64,000 nt of DNA from Octopus vulgaris (Eukaryota). The notes under the pieces are model-generated. The model was not told the DNA's origin and did no database searches. It worked only from the letters and a program-made list of their open reading frames with translations. Each line of letters starts with the position of its first letter. The stretch's first letter is position 1. The stretch lies in NCBI GenBank assembly GCA_951406725.2, contig OX597824.1, positions 86,118,001 through 86,182,000 on the forward strand, given 5' to 3'. The position numbers were made by a program, and so were the translations under genes. Below are positions 24,426 to 38,800 of this stretch, one piece after another.

Positions 24426-25319
24426 TACTTAACCACTTGTTGATAGAGTGAAGAGATGGTTCATTTGAGTGAAGCAGTGAAATACCCACCACTGAAACTG
24501 AAAGAAATTTCTCAATAATTTTTTAAAATAATGTGTGGCCATGCATGGCTGTGTTTTAAGAAGCTTGCTTCTCAACCACATAGTTCCAGGTTCAGTCCCT
24601 CTGTGTGATATTTTGGACAGGTGTCCACTACTATAGCCTTGGGAGGGAATTTGGTAGATGGAAGCTGAAAGAAGCCCATCATATGTGTATGTGTGTCTTT
24701 GTGGCTGTGTTTGTCCTTTACCACTCCTTGACTACTGGTGTTGGTGTGTTTACGTCCTTATAACTTAGTGGTTTGGCAAATGAGACTGATAGAAAAAGTG
24801 CCAGATTTAAGAAATAATTACAGGAGTCAATTCATTCAATTAAAATACTTGAAGGTGATGCCCCAGCATGGCCGCACTCTAATGATTGAAACAAATAAAA
24901 GAATAATGAATGTTCTTCAGTCATTGGATTGTGGCCATGCTGGGGCACTGCTCTGACAGGTTTAGTTGAATAAATCCACCCCAATATTCATTTTTAAGCC
25001 TGGCACTTATTTTGTCATTCAATTTTGCCAAACCACTAAGTTACAGGGGTGTAAATCAAACCAATGTTGATTATCAAGTGATGGTGGGATTAACACACGC
25101 ATATATAACAGGTACATACAAACATGCATGCACACACATACATATGATGGGCTTCCATACAGTTTCCCCTCTTCCAAATTCACTCATAAAGGCATTGGTC
25201 TGCCTGGAACTATAGTAAAAAAACACCCAAGGTGCAGTGCAGTGGGACTGAACCTGAAACCACACAGCCATGTTTATTGTAATTTTTAAAATTAAAATTT
25301 CTTTTTATATATTTTTCAG

Positions 25320-25384
25320 GTTTCGGCCATCGAGTCGGTCACCCAAAAGGACCCAGGGATCTTCCACATACATTCAAGAAATAG
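25320..25384 (+). CDS. PTP last coding exon: C-terminal homology (CTH) motif of PEST-family PTPs
   Basis: atttttcag|gt; GFGHRVGHPKGPRDLPHTFKK*, matching the GFxxRxxxPKGPR(D/N) end of PTPN12/18/22; stop tag at 25382-25384. Confidence 0.9.
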
Positions 25385-25744
25385 CATCTAAGATTAAATT
25401 AGGAACTTAATTAAACTGCATGCTGAAGAAAAAAACAAAAAAAAGTTCTGTGAAAACTCATAATCTGTTGGGAAAAAAAAAGCAAAAACAATTATAAATA
25501 TTTGGGGGAAGTAAAAAGAAAAAAAACAAATAGAAAAAAGACAAAGAAAAACAAAAGTAACTTAACAAAAAAAAGGAGGTGAGAGACTTCAGACTGTGTC
25601 TGATGTTAATTGACAAAGGGCCCTGACCTGGAAATTCTGTGTCATTTGAAAATTTCTTATTGACCCCCCCCACCCCCACCTTGACCTGTCCAAATCTTTT
25701 CTTGCTCCACCCACTCCACCCCCACTTCGCTCCTACCACTGACA

Positions 25745-25780
<36 letters not shown>

Positions 25781-26150
25781 TAAATTGTTCCACCTTCTCA
25801 TTCTTCTCCTCTTACCGCTGCCGTCGCCACCACCACCACCACCAACACCACCAACACCACCACAACCAGCCAACTTCAACTTTAAACTTGAAATATTGCT
25901 TCATTTTATTCTCCTGTCTTTTTAATTTATTCTAATAAACGAAATAACAAGAACAAAAACAACAACAACAACAACATTTTTACTTCTTCTCTTCCTCCTC
26001 CTCCTCCTTCTCTTTCTCTACTTCTTTCATTCATCCTTTTGAAAATCGTTTGTAATTTAGCTAACAATCCATTCATAAACTGTTGCTGAATTGGATTTTT
26101 GTTTATACATTAATATATTTATTTTCTATCTGAATAAAACAAATTCAACA
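25385..26150 (+). terminator. PTP 3'UTR with candidate polyadenylation signals
   Basis: AATAAA at 25934-25939 and 26133-26138; TE sequence resumes at about 26170. Confidence 0.45.
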
Positions 26151-26842
26151 TGCACACTTGATTTATCTCTCATCGTTGCAATTCTTATTGATCGTTGCCA
26201 GAGCAGCCAACTGGCTTCTGTACCCGTGGCACGTAAAAGGGCACCATTCGAGCATGATTGTTACCAACGTCGCTTCACTGGCACCTGTGCTGCTGGCACA
26301 TGTAAAAAGATTCGAGCGAGGTCATTGCCAGTACCTATTTCTTTACTACTCACAAGGGGCTAAACACAGAGAGGACAAACAAGGACAGACAAATGGATTA
26401 AGTCGATTATATCGACTCCAGTGAGTAACTGGTACTTAATTTATCGACCCCGAAAGGATGAAAGGCAAAGTCGACCTCGGCGGAATTTGAACTCAGAGCG
26501 TAACGGCAGACGAAATACTGCTAAGCATTTCGACCAATGTGCTAACGTTTCTGCCAGCTCATTGCCAGTACCGCCTGACTGGCCCTCGTGCCGGTGGCAC
26601 GTAAAAAGCACCCACTACACTCTCGGAGTGGTTGGCGTTTGGAAGGGCATCCAGCTGTAGAAACTCTGCCAGATCAGATTGGAGCCTGGTGCAGCCATCT
26701 GGTTCGCCAGTCCTCAGACAAATCGTCCAACCCATGCTAGCATGGAAAGTGGACGTTAAACGATGATGATGATGATGACTGCTTTGGTTATCATTGCCAT
26801 CATAACTGTGGACTTCTTCTTCTTCTACAGTGTTCCATTATA

Positions 26843-27427
26843 CAGTGTTCCCTCGTTTATTGTGGTAGATTGGTTTCGAGACCGGCCGTGATAACTGAAT
26901 TTCCGTGAAGTAGGGACGCCATATTTACAGTATTTATTTAACGTGTATTTGGACTTTTAAAACCCTCCCTGTACTGTTAACAGCCCACCCATTACAGTAG
27001 ACTATTAATAACAAGGACAACTGTTAAGCAATAACACTTTAGATTTTAAAAAATAAAGGTTGTTACTGTACTCAACGCGAAAGAAGTTGAAGTAAAATTT
27101 GAATGATGATGGTGAGGAATTTGCTGTGCAATAGAAATGATGATGATGAAGCTGATGGTGGTGCCAATCACAGCCCATCTTAAGTTCAAATACCCCTGTA
27201 TATGCTTTTTTGCTATTTTACGCTTGTTTTGTTATTCCTAGACAAGGAAATAATATTCATTATTAATATTTTAATTGGATTTAATGAAAAATTTTAGGCG
27301 TTCATATATATCTATACCAGCGGTGGTGCCCCAGCATGGCCGCAGCCTTCGGGCTGCAACATTTTTAGGATTTAAGGATATTTTTAAAATCCGCGATAGT
27401 TGAACCGCGAAGTAATAGGGATCACTG
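26843..27427. mobile_element. Tc1/mariner (Tigger/pogo-like) non-autonomous element
   Basis: ta|cagtgttccct ... agggatcactg|ta; TA flanks and CAGTG termini. Confidence 0.72.
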
Positions 27428-27843
27428 TAAACCGAAATACAGCTGCTGATACTTTCCTTTAAGCCCTTTGCAGTTGTTCCCCTTGAGTGAGCTATACGTG
27501 CTGCTAATTCTAGCCAGTCCAGCGACCACGTAGAGGTTCTACGGCTTGCTTCATCTTGTGGAGACAGTTTTATAGCACAAGAAATGCAAGTATGGATGCC
27601 CTGCCTTTCATTTCGATGCTAGAAGTTATAAATGTTTGACCCTATATTAACCAAGAAGTTGTCAAGTAAACATTAACGGTTTGCAGTGCTCTAACAACCG
27701 CCTAGAACATGGTCAGTATTTGAATCTAGAACTGCTTTTATTAAACAAATATTTAAAAGGAATTTGTTTTCCCCTAATTGTTTACAGCTGGGCCCTAACG
27801 CATTTCCAGTGCATTTTGTGTTAGTGATTTCATTTTAAAAAAT

Positions 27844-28632
27844 TATAATAATAATGAAATTATTGTATACAGTGCTCAGGTGCGCCATAACTTGTCAAAA
27901 GTGCGTATAAAGCATATGCAGTAATGTACAAATGCCTGGAAAGCGAACAGTGTATGAGTCAGATACATGCTTGCGTGTGTATGGAGGGGAGAAAATCAGG
28001 TGTTGTGTTGGCAAATCTCAGGAAGCATGGAAGTTTTGAAGGATGCAGTGCTCCAACAACTAACAACTGATGTCGGCAGTTTGTTCCATGCTTCAGCAAC
28101 TCTAAGTGTAAAAAAATGTTTCCAAAAGTCATGGGAGCTGTGCTGTTTTCTGACTTTGTAAACATGTCCACGGGTGTATAGACAGGAGGAGTTTGTAAAC
28201 GTGCTCAGAGTTATTGTTTGTAAGATGGTTAATACTTTTATGGGTGTCTGCCAAATCAGCTGCCAGACGTCGGAGTTTCAATGTGTCCATGCCCAGGGAG
28301 GTAAGGCGTTCAGAATATGGCAAATGCCTGATGGAGGGTATTCTCTTGGTTGCACGTTGCTGAACGGTTTCCAGATGATTAATATCCTGAGCAAGATATG
28401 GGTTCCAGACCAGTGATGCAAAGTCTAGGTGAGGCCGAACCATAGCTATATAAAGCCTCAGATAGATAGCCGGAGAGCGGCTCACAAAGGACTTGGTAAG
28501 TGATACCAAGACACCCTCAGCCTTCTTGGCAATTTTAGCAATGTTTTTTGTCCAACGCAAATCGCTGTCGACAATAATGCCCAGGTCACGTTCACAAGAA
28601 GACTTCTTGAGATTAGTGTTGTGAAGGGAGTA
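27844..28632 (-). mobile_element. CR1-clade LINE 3' end, 5'-truncated
   Basis: ERDLGIIVDSDL...LYIAMVRPHLDFASLVWNPY...VQQRATK...YSERL is typical CR1-group ORF2 C-terminus; 3'UTR and (ATT)n tail present; frameshifted. Confidence 0.9.
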
Positions 28633-31600
28633 ACGGTATCTTTTGTAGCATATATCCAAATAACTTGCTTTAAAAAAAATTTTTATTCTGCTCAGTAAAC
28701 ATTATTGACTGTACACCATAGTACGAAATGGTTTGAAATATCTATTTCTTTACTACCCACAAGGGGCTAAATACAGAGGGGACAAACAAGGACAGACAAA
28801 CGGATTAAGTCGATTATATCGACCCCAGTGCGTAACTGGTACTTAATTTATCGACCCCGAAAGGATGAAAGGCAAAGTCGACCTCGGTGGAATTTGAACT
28901 CAGAACGTAACGGTAATGGTTTGAAATACCAGAGTTGAACATGCACGCCATCAACGAAGCAAGCAAACTATACAACATACACAACACAACATGATATGGT
29001 GTATAGGGAGGAAGGAGATAGCAGTTTATGTTTAATTATTTTTCATTTTTAGGGTGCTAGAATATAATCCGAGGGTAATTTTGCCAGTTTTTAACAGATC
29101 GGGTGACTACATGAAAATTATCTCAATGGAGAGATGTCACTATTAAAACAAAACTAAGGGGAGGTAATTCTTTTGATTTCTCAAAAAAAAAAAGCAATTT
29201 TTCATTTATATTTTCAAGCAGTTTTTCTACTTTTATATACATAATTTGTAATAGTAGTAGTAGTAGCAGTAGTAACAGCACTATTGCAAAGACGGTGACA
29301 AGCTGGCATATTCGATGGCAGGTTGGACAAAGGACTTAGTATTTCTTCTAGCTTTTTCTGAGTTCAAATTCTGCTGAGGTCGATTTTGCCTCTCACCCTT
29401 TCAGTATCAAAAAAAAAAAAAAGTTCCATTTGTGCACTGGGTTCGATGTAATTTACAAGCCCTCCCCACTCATCCCAACCCAGCTTAAAATTTCAGGTCT
29501 TGCACCTTGAATAGAAGGGGTTATTTCAGTGGGCAGGCTATCAGACAAATGCTCAGAGGCATTCCTTGTAGCTTTGTCCATTCTGAGTTCAAATTCCAAC
29601 AAGGTTGGCTTCGCCTTTCATCCTTTTGGGGGCTGGATAAGATAAGTGCCAGTTGAGCACTAGGGTTGATATACTCGAGTAAACCCCGTCCAAAGAAATT
29701 CAGGCCTTGTGCCTATAGTAAAAGGTGTGGTTGTGTGGTAAGAAGCTTGCTTCCCAATCAAATGGTCTGGGGTTCATTCTCACCTCAGGATATCTTGGGT
29801 AAGTGCTTTAAGGGCCCATACAAGATTTTGTTGTTAAAATTAGGTTCAATAAATTGGTTACACTTCAATAATATACATAAATATTTTAACAATTTTTCTA
29901 TACAGGTGCAGGAGTGGCTGTGTGGTAAGTAGCTTGCTTACCAACCATATCTGATTCAGGTCATTATGAATATATAGATGCCAGTTCAACCTCAGTGGGC
30001 GATTCTGAAGAATGCTTGCAAGTTGAATCAAGGCAGCCGTCAGGACTTAGCTTCGATGATGTTATTGTTTTATCAGAAGACCAATAAAATAAGTATTAGG
30101 CTTTCAAAGAATAAGTCCTGGGGTCGATTTGCTCGACTAAAGGCGGTGCTCCAGCATGGCCGCAGTAAAATGACTGAAACAAGTAAAAGAGTAATACATA
30201 GTTCTGGCTGTGCATCAAAATGGATTTGCAGAAACAGCATAACAGTGCCCCCTTCATATTCATGGCACCCATAAAAAATTTGAACCTAACTCAGCAAGCT
30301 AACAATGTTCCTTTCACCCATTTACCCCAGCAGACCGTTATCTTCCCATTGCACCTGTTTACATCAAGATACCTTGAACTATCGAAAGTTAAATATCTTT
30401 GTCTTAGATACAACTCAATATCTCCCATCAAGCTTTTATCCTTTAGACTGATAGCCTATCAACACAAGCAGTTTCATCTCTCAATTGGCCTAGTTGTAGA
30501 TGATAAAACTTTGTAAACTTCTCTGTACAAATGAGGTTACATACTTTCTAGACATCGAGGTGCAATGGCCCAGTGGTTAGGGCAGCAGACTCATGGTCGT
30601 AGGATCATCGTTTTGATTCCCAGACTGGGCGTTGTGAATGTTTATTGAGCGAAAACACATAGCTCCACGAGGCTCTGACAGGGGGTACCCTTTCACAACA
30701 TTTTCTCACTCTTTCTTCCTGTTTCTGTTGTACCTGTATTTCAAAGGCTCAGCCTTGTCACACTCTGTGTCACGCTGAATCTCCCTGAGAGCTACGTTAA
30801 GGGTATGTGTGTCTGTGGAATGCTCAGCCACTTTCATGTTAATTTTACGAGCAAGCTGTTTTGTTAATTGGATTAACTGGAATCCTTGTCGTCGTAACCG
30901 ACAGAGAGCCATGACTTTCTAGACACACAATGTCCACAAACCAGAAAAAGAAACCTCTTCACATCATTTGACATGCTAGATATAGCAGCCAAATCTCCAT
31001 TTGATCACACCACACCAGCTTATATCAACATATTACATGGGCAGTTGTTACAGAGTTAGATAGAATACTTCAGAGTATTTGTCTCGGTTCTCTGTACTGG
31101 TAACCACTGGTGAGGTTACCAAGTAACTTGTAAGACAGAAAAAGAGCAGGGAAAAAATGTGCAAAAGCTCCCATGGCTAGGTGAGTGGGGTGGGAGTATT
31201 TGGGAGGGGGTAGGGGATTTTTTATGCCAGGTGCTGTGAGGCTAAAGTATTATAACAGAAGGACAAGTGCAGGTGTCTCACTTTAGAAGAGGTATGTGGC
31301 TGGCTATGGCCACCCACATTTTATGAGTGGGTAGGAGTAGCTGAGAAGGTAATGAGGGTAGTGATGGGGTTACCAGAGCAAACTGAAGGTTTGAGAAGAG
31401 TGCGAGGGGTGGGGATTAAAAGATGTTAGATGTGGGGGGGGGGACAAATACTTAAAGACCACTTAATTATTAGATTGCTTTTGACAGGATTCTTTTACTT
31501 GTTTTAGTCATTTGACTGTGGCCATGCTGGAGCACCACTTGTAGTCAAACAAATCGGCTCCAAGACATTGTTTGTAAGCCTAGTGCTCATTCTATCAGTC

Positions 31601-32996
31601 TCTTTTGGCAAAGCGCTAGGTTACAGGGATGTAAACACACCAACAGTGGTTGTCAAGTGGTGGTGGAGACAAACACACAAATACAGAGGAGGTTGGCTAT
31701 GGCCACGATCAGTTGGTACTTTTTACATGCCACCAGCATGGAAGCATTGCCTGGCTTCCGTGCCGGTGGCACATAAAAAGCACCAACCGACTGTAACTGT
31801 TGGCAGCCACCTCTGGCTCCTGTGCCAATGGCACATAAAAAGCACCCAATACACTCACGGAGTGGTTAGCATTAGGAAGGGCATCCAGCTGTAAAAACAC
31901 TGCCAGATCAGACTGGAGCCTGGTGCAGCCTCCTGGCTTCCCAGACCCCAGTCGAACCGTCCAACCCATGCTAGCATGGAAAACGGATGTTAAACGATGA
32001 TGATGATGATATATGAAGGGGTTCTTTAAGTTTCCATCTACATAAAATCCACTCATAAAGCTTTGGTCGACCTGAGTCTATAGTAGAAGACACCTGTGGA
32101 TGGGAAGCAAACTTCTTACCACACAGCCACTCCAGTGCCTGATACTTTCTGATACTATTTTTATTGATCACAAAAGGATGAATGGCTATGTTGGCTTCTG
32201 CAGGATTAGAACTCCACCATGCCAGGATGGAAAATGGATGTTAAATGATGATGATAACTTCTCTGTAGATAAACAGTTATCCTTCGTAATGTTAGCTCGA
32301 AATACCACCCTAGTAAGTCATTAAATAAAAGCCAAACTAGTGAAGAAGCAGTTGTCTTTTTAATCCTACTAGAAATAGCAGACAAGTTCCCTCATATCAT
32401 TTCACCCCTATCATCTTAAACATCTAAAAGAACCATTAGATATAGTTTTAGATAGCTCTAAAAGGGTGGGATGGTCAAGACTAGAGTGTCTTTGATCATA
32501 GTGCTGTTCAATTAGGGCAGAAATGAGACTCAGCAACAATGATGATAACAATGGCATCAACAACATAATCATCATTTAATGTCCACGTTTCCATGCTTGC
32601 ATGAACTTGTTGGGGCCGATTTTCTATGGCTGGGTGCCTCTGCTTTCACCAACCCTCATCTGCTTCAAAGCAAGGAAATATTTTCCCACAGCCAGACACC
32701 TTTTTCCTGGAACATTGGAAACAACATCAACTTGTATGATGATGCTCGTTTACAACCACCAGGGTGACCAGACTGATCCCAGAACCATGTGGTTAAGGAG
32801 CAAACCCCTCGACTATACAGTGATCCCTGTGCCTCAACAACAACCAGTAAATAGAATAGTATGCTGTTTTACTAAACCCCTACAAATCAAAGAATGTACT
32901 GCTAAAAAGAGATAAGTAATTAAGACCTCAGGGTCATATGAGCTCAATCTGTGGTTGTCACACAAAGAAAAATCACCAACATACCATGCACACATA

Positions 32997-33490
32997 CCGT
33001 AAATCCCCGAGTATAGTCCGCCCTTGAGTATAATATGCAGGGGGTTTTAGGGGGCTGTAACTCTGAAAAACCTAAACCTTGTGTATAATACGCACCCCTT
33101 CGCTAACTTGAGTCAAGGAGGTCTATATAATGTCCTTGGTTTGTAAAAATGTATACAGTAACATCCTTTATAATTATTATTGTATATATAACATAATGCA
33201 AACGTGTAGCTTTTTTGTGCATTTTGTTTGCAGAAAATAAAGAAATAACAGTAATAACGTTTAATAAATGTTGCTTACTGCAAGTTATGGATGATTCTTT
33301 TATGACTTCATTGCTTTCAGGCTTAGCTTAAGGTATTTTCGCACCCGACATCACAAAATGGACAGCAAATAGAGACTCAGACATTGCTTAGAAAATAATT
33401 TTCATTTTTAACTTTGTATATAGTATGCACTAGGGATTTTGACCTTTAAATTTTGGGGGAAAAAGGCGGATTATACTTGAGGATTTACGG
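32997..33490. mobile_element. Tc2-like MITE
   Basis: ta|ccgtaaatccccgagtata ... tatacttgaggatttacgg|ta; 19-bp TIR with 2 mismatches. Confidence 0.85.
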
Positions 33491-35818
33491 TATGCTTTTT
33501 TACTAAACCCCTACAAATCGAAGAATGTACTGCTTAAAAGAGCTAAGTAATTAATGACCTCAGGGTAATAAGAACTCAATCTGTGATTGTCACACAAAGA
33601 AAAACCACCAACATACCATGCACACACACACACATACATGCATACACAAAAAAAATAAATTGTTTAAATTAAAAGTAATTTCTTTTGTCTCCAACCCATC
33701 CTGTTCTTTATTAATGGTTAGTCCACATTATTCCGTGAGGAGCATAGGGCCAGTTTCCTGGTTCATCTGGCATAGATATTCCTCCTGGGATGGGATGCCA
33801 GTCCATTGCAGGTTTACTCGTCTTTACCTATGTCTTTATTACCCACAAGGGGCTAAACACAGAGAGGACAAACAAGGACAGACAAACGGATTAAGTCAAT
33901 TATATCGACCCCAGTGCGTAACTGGTACTTTATTTATCGAAAGGATGAAAGGGCAAAGTCAACCTCGGCGGAATTTGAACTCAGAACATAACGGCAGACG
34001 AAATACGGCTACGCATTTCGCCTGGTGTGCTAACGTTTCTGCCAGCTCACCACCTCCTCGTTTTTACCATCCATGTGGACTGGAGCAATGTGAAATGAAG
34101 TGTTTTGCTCAAGAACACAACAAATCAACAAATCACCCAGTCCAGGAATTGAAACCACAATCCTAAAATCATCAGTCAAACACCGTAACCTCTCAGCAAT
34201 TCACCTCCATCCCTTTATTAAGGAAAAGATAAATTAGAGTTTGCATCTATAGAATTCTTTCTTTGCATTCATGTTGGATTCAATTTAAAAAGCTCAAAAA
34301 GCATTTTATGAAATGGGCATGGCACATGCATGGTTGGTTTCTTAAGAAGCTTGCTTCCTGACCACATGGTTTCAGGTTCAGTCCCACTTCATTGCAGCTT
34401 GGTGAAGTGTCTTTTACTACAGCCCGGTACCGACTAAATCCCTTGTGATTGGATTTGATAGGAAACTGAAAGAAGCCCTGTTGTATGTGTATGTACGTGT
34501 GTGCCCTTGTCAAGACATCGCATGATGGTTGTACATGATGATGATGATCTATTTCTTTACTACCCACAAGGGGCTAAACACAGAGGGGACAAACAAGGAC
34601 AGACAAACAGATTAAGTCGATCATATCGACCCCAGTGCGTAACTGGTACTTAATTTATCGACCCCGAAAGGATGAAAGGCAAAGTCGACCTCAGCGGAAT
34701 TTGAACTCAGAACGTAGCGGCAGACAAAATACCTATTTCTTTACTACCCACAAGGGGCTAAACACAGAGAGGACAAACAAAGACAGACAAGCGGATTAAG
34801 TCGATTATATCGACCCCAGTGCGTAACTGGTACTTAATTTATCGACCCCGAAAGGATGAAAGGCAAAGTCAATCTTAGCGGAATTTGAACTCAGAATGTA
34901 ACAACAGACGAAATACCGTTAAGCATTTTGCCTAGCGTGCTAATGGTTCTGCCATCTCGTCGCCTTAATGATGTGAGGTTATTTGTTTCCAGTGTTCTGT
35001 GAAAAACATTTCTAGCTTTGGAAAAAAACACTGCCTCACAGGATGTCCCAAAAATAATAAGCAACACCTTTGCTGTTGTTGTTGTTGTTGATCATCATCA
35101 TCATCATCCTCCTGAGTGGCTGTGTGTATGTTTGTGTGTCTGTGTTTGTCCCCCCAACATTGCTTGACAACCGATGCTGGCGTGTTTATGTCCCCGTAAC
35201 TTAGCAGTTCGGCAAAAGAGACCGAAAGAATAAGTACTAGGCTTACAAAGAATAAGTCCTGGGGTCGATTTGCTCGACTAAAGGCGGAGCTCCAGCATGG
35301 CCGCTGTCAAATGACAGAGTACAGAGGAATTCTCTGACAGACCAGTATCCCATCCCGGGAGGAATATATACTCCAGAGAAACCAGCCCTATGCTCCTTAT
35401 GGAGTCATGTGGACTAACCACATTGGTACAAAGCCACAAATTGTAGAGGTACATGACTATGGCTTATTTTGATACCTTCTTAGAGAGCATTGTCGGAATT
35501 CATTAATTCTTCATTTATTATTATAAAACACTGTACCCTTCACACTACAGTAAGTATAGAACATGCATTCACTGTCATCAAACCATCAATACTATACATT
35601 CATTGTTTACAAAATAAACAACTAAATCAATGTTAATCCGCCCTGCCAGGTGTGCATCAAACATGAAAAAATGGTTATGATCCACGTATTTTTAATACAA
35701 AATGAACGAAAATTGATGAAAAATAGACTAATTAGAAGACCCTTTGTAGAAATTGACCAATATTTTTAATTTGATTTTTAACTAATTGTCTTCCAATTGA
35801 AAATATATTGCTGACGTT

Positions 35819-38800
35819 TCATGCATTAATCAGAGAAATGTCTGAATGTTTTAAATGGTTTTTAACGTGTCGTGATCGTGTGCTTGCTTGCACAAAAGTT
35901 CTGCTACAAAATGGACACTCGAATGGTCTTTCTCCTGTATGAATTCGTCTGTGCTCTTTCAGATTTCCTGATGTAGTGAATGTTTTACAGCAGATATCAC
36001 ACTGAAATGGCTTGGTAAAACAGTCGGCTTTCGTCGAATTCTTGGTGGATGAATGTGTTGTTTGTTTGGTGGGACTGGGAGAATGTTTGTTGCGTGCAAA
36101 ATTAGAAGAGTTCGCTATTGTACTAGGTTGGTTCCCGCTGGTGATTACAGAAGCCACACCACCCTCAGTCACAGTTAGGTCATCATTGGACTGCAGACGA
36201 TCTACAGATTGTGATGCATTTTCTAAACCATGGGACTGCAACTGCCTAACAGTGTTACTATCTTTAATACTAGAGGTATCACTAATGTCTAAAGAAACTG
36301 TTCTGAAATATGGTGTTGTAAATAAACTAGAGGATAAATGCGACTTTGGAGATAATTCTTCATCATTAGATATATCTACACTGCCATCAACCTCATCGGA
36401 TGTAATGGTTTTCAGCGATTCCTTGTTCTGAGAACAACTGAAATCTAAATAGTCAGGGTTGTGTTGTAAAGCTGTGGAAAGAAAGCCCTTGTGAGTTTTC
36501 ATATGCTTTGACAAAGTGCTTTTCTGAGCAAATGTCTTAAGACAAATTTGGCAAGAAAAAGGTCTTTCCCCTGTATGAGTTCTCATATGTTCCTTCATGT
36601 TACTGGCACTTGAGTAAGACTTCTGACAGAAAGGGCAAATATGTTGTTTGGATTGCAGGGAAGAAGAAACTCTGAAAGATTCACAAGATGCCTGAATCTT
36701 GGTGGATTTTAAAGGTTTTCTATTCATTGCTTCATCAGATCGGTTCGAAGCAGGAAACCGTTTTCGAGACTTCAAACGTTTACTGAATAATTCCTTTGAA
36801 GGAATTATCCTTACCTCATCAGATCCGACTGATTCACTGTCCAGAGCATCTAATCCTAAGTTCAAACCATACTCATCACTTTCAGGCTTCATGAAATTTC
36901 TCTTTAGATGACCCTTAGACATTTTGACAACTTTACCAGCATTTTCGGAGTTCACCAGAACGTTATCAGTTGAAGACAGATCCTCCCTGTCATCATTTTT
37001 GTCAGAACTTTCATCTTCTGATAAAACAATAACATCATCAAAGCTAAGTCCTGACGGCTGCCTTGATTCAACTTGCAAGCATTCTTCAGAATCGCCCACT
37101 GAGGTTGAACTGGCATCTATATATTCATAATGGCCTGAATCTGATGCCTCCACTTTGGTTTTCACTTTGCAATCATCAGTGGTGCCAGCCTCCATAATGC
37201 TAAGTGTTTGTTGTTCAACTTTGTCTGGAGAGATCCTCTTCTTCAGATGACTTGCTTCAGAGAAAATGTCCTTTTTGACTCTCTCCGTATTCTTTATAAC
37301 TTCTGTAGAAGACGAATCCAGCTGACTTAGATCCCAGTCTTCTTCGGTCAACTGGAAACTGACCAATTCTTCGACGTATTCCTTTTTTATACACTCAGCT
37401 TCAAATTGCAGTGACTGTTTCTGAATTTCATCAGAGAAATCTTCTAAATGATCAAAGCGACCCCTTGGACTTGATGGGTCTCCTGCCCCTTCACTATCTT
37501 CAGGGTTTGCATTAAACGTAACCCCACACCTTCCATTAGATTTATTCGAGTCAGAAACAACACGACGACTTGAGTGATGGGCATTTCTGGAAGACTTTTC
37601 AGGCAAGCAACCAGGATTACGAGATGGATCCATGTCTAAGTATATTTGGTTGAGTGAATCAGTTAAGTTCTGGGAATAAGGTTTGGACAAGTTTGTTCCA
37701 CTGAAAGTAATATTGCACGACAATTTGTGTAAAGCAAACGAAGCTACATCGGAATAGACTCTGTTGCAATTAGGACAAACACAGTTTTCAGCGTCTCTCA
37801 TGTGATTTATGGATTTGGTTAAACCATGATGAGTTGGTCTTAGAATTTTGGTTCTGGGATTCATTTTGCTTCGTACGTAGTTATTGTTACGTATTGGAAC
37901 AGAAATTTCACTACTGGGTACTGAGCTCTCATATGCATTTTTTCGAAAATGCATTAGTTTCATGTGTCTCGAACACGTACTGGAATGGGTGAATACTTTG
38001 GCACAAAAATAACACTGAAAGGGCCGTTCCCCTGTATGAATTCGGTGATGCTCCTTTAAATTACTCACATTCTTGAAAATTTTATGACAATAACCACACT
38101 GCTTCGACCCCTTCAAATCTTGTCTACCAGTTACACTGGCGCAGTTACTACTTGTTGCATTCCTGCTAAAATTTTCCTCCTCTCTCTTACCATTTTTGTG
38201 TTGCCGACTTAACAGTAATTCTTCTGCCTCATCCAATTTCTCTTCAGACTTCAAGTTACTATCACAACAAATGCTATCACCGTCCCCTTCATCGTTATCG
38301 ATTTCCTGGTTTCTTACAGAATCCCTTTTAGAATAAATCTTCGGTAAAACTTTATCTTTCTTTTCTTTTAAGCGTGAATTTAGACCTTGTATTTTCTGTA
38401 AGTTCTCCTCACCAGAGTTATTCCTGCTGTTTTCAAATTGATTCTGATGAGAATCAATAATTAAATCTTTGGTTTGAGCTTGATTAAAATCTGATTCAGA
38501 GTTAGAAGACATATACCCTGATAATTCTGATGGATTATCAACTTTTTCATTTTGAATTATATCATATCCTTTTTGCAAACCGTAACTAAAGTGATTATTG
38601 TCAGGATATAAAGGATCCATACTACTAGACATTAATCCATCACCAACTATTTTGTCTGGGGGTTCTCCTCTATAATTTACATTGTGTTCTTCATAAAATT
38701 CATCAGATTTTTCAGATGATAAAACAATATTATCAAGTGGCATTTTTTGAAATATTTGTTTCTGGAATGGTTTCTTGGTGTGAGTCAGTCTATGAAGACA

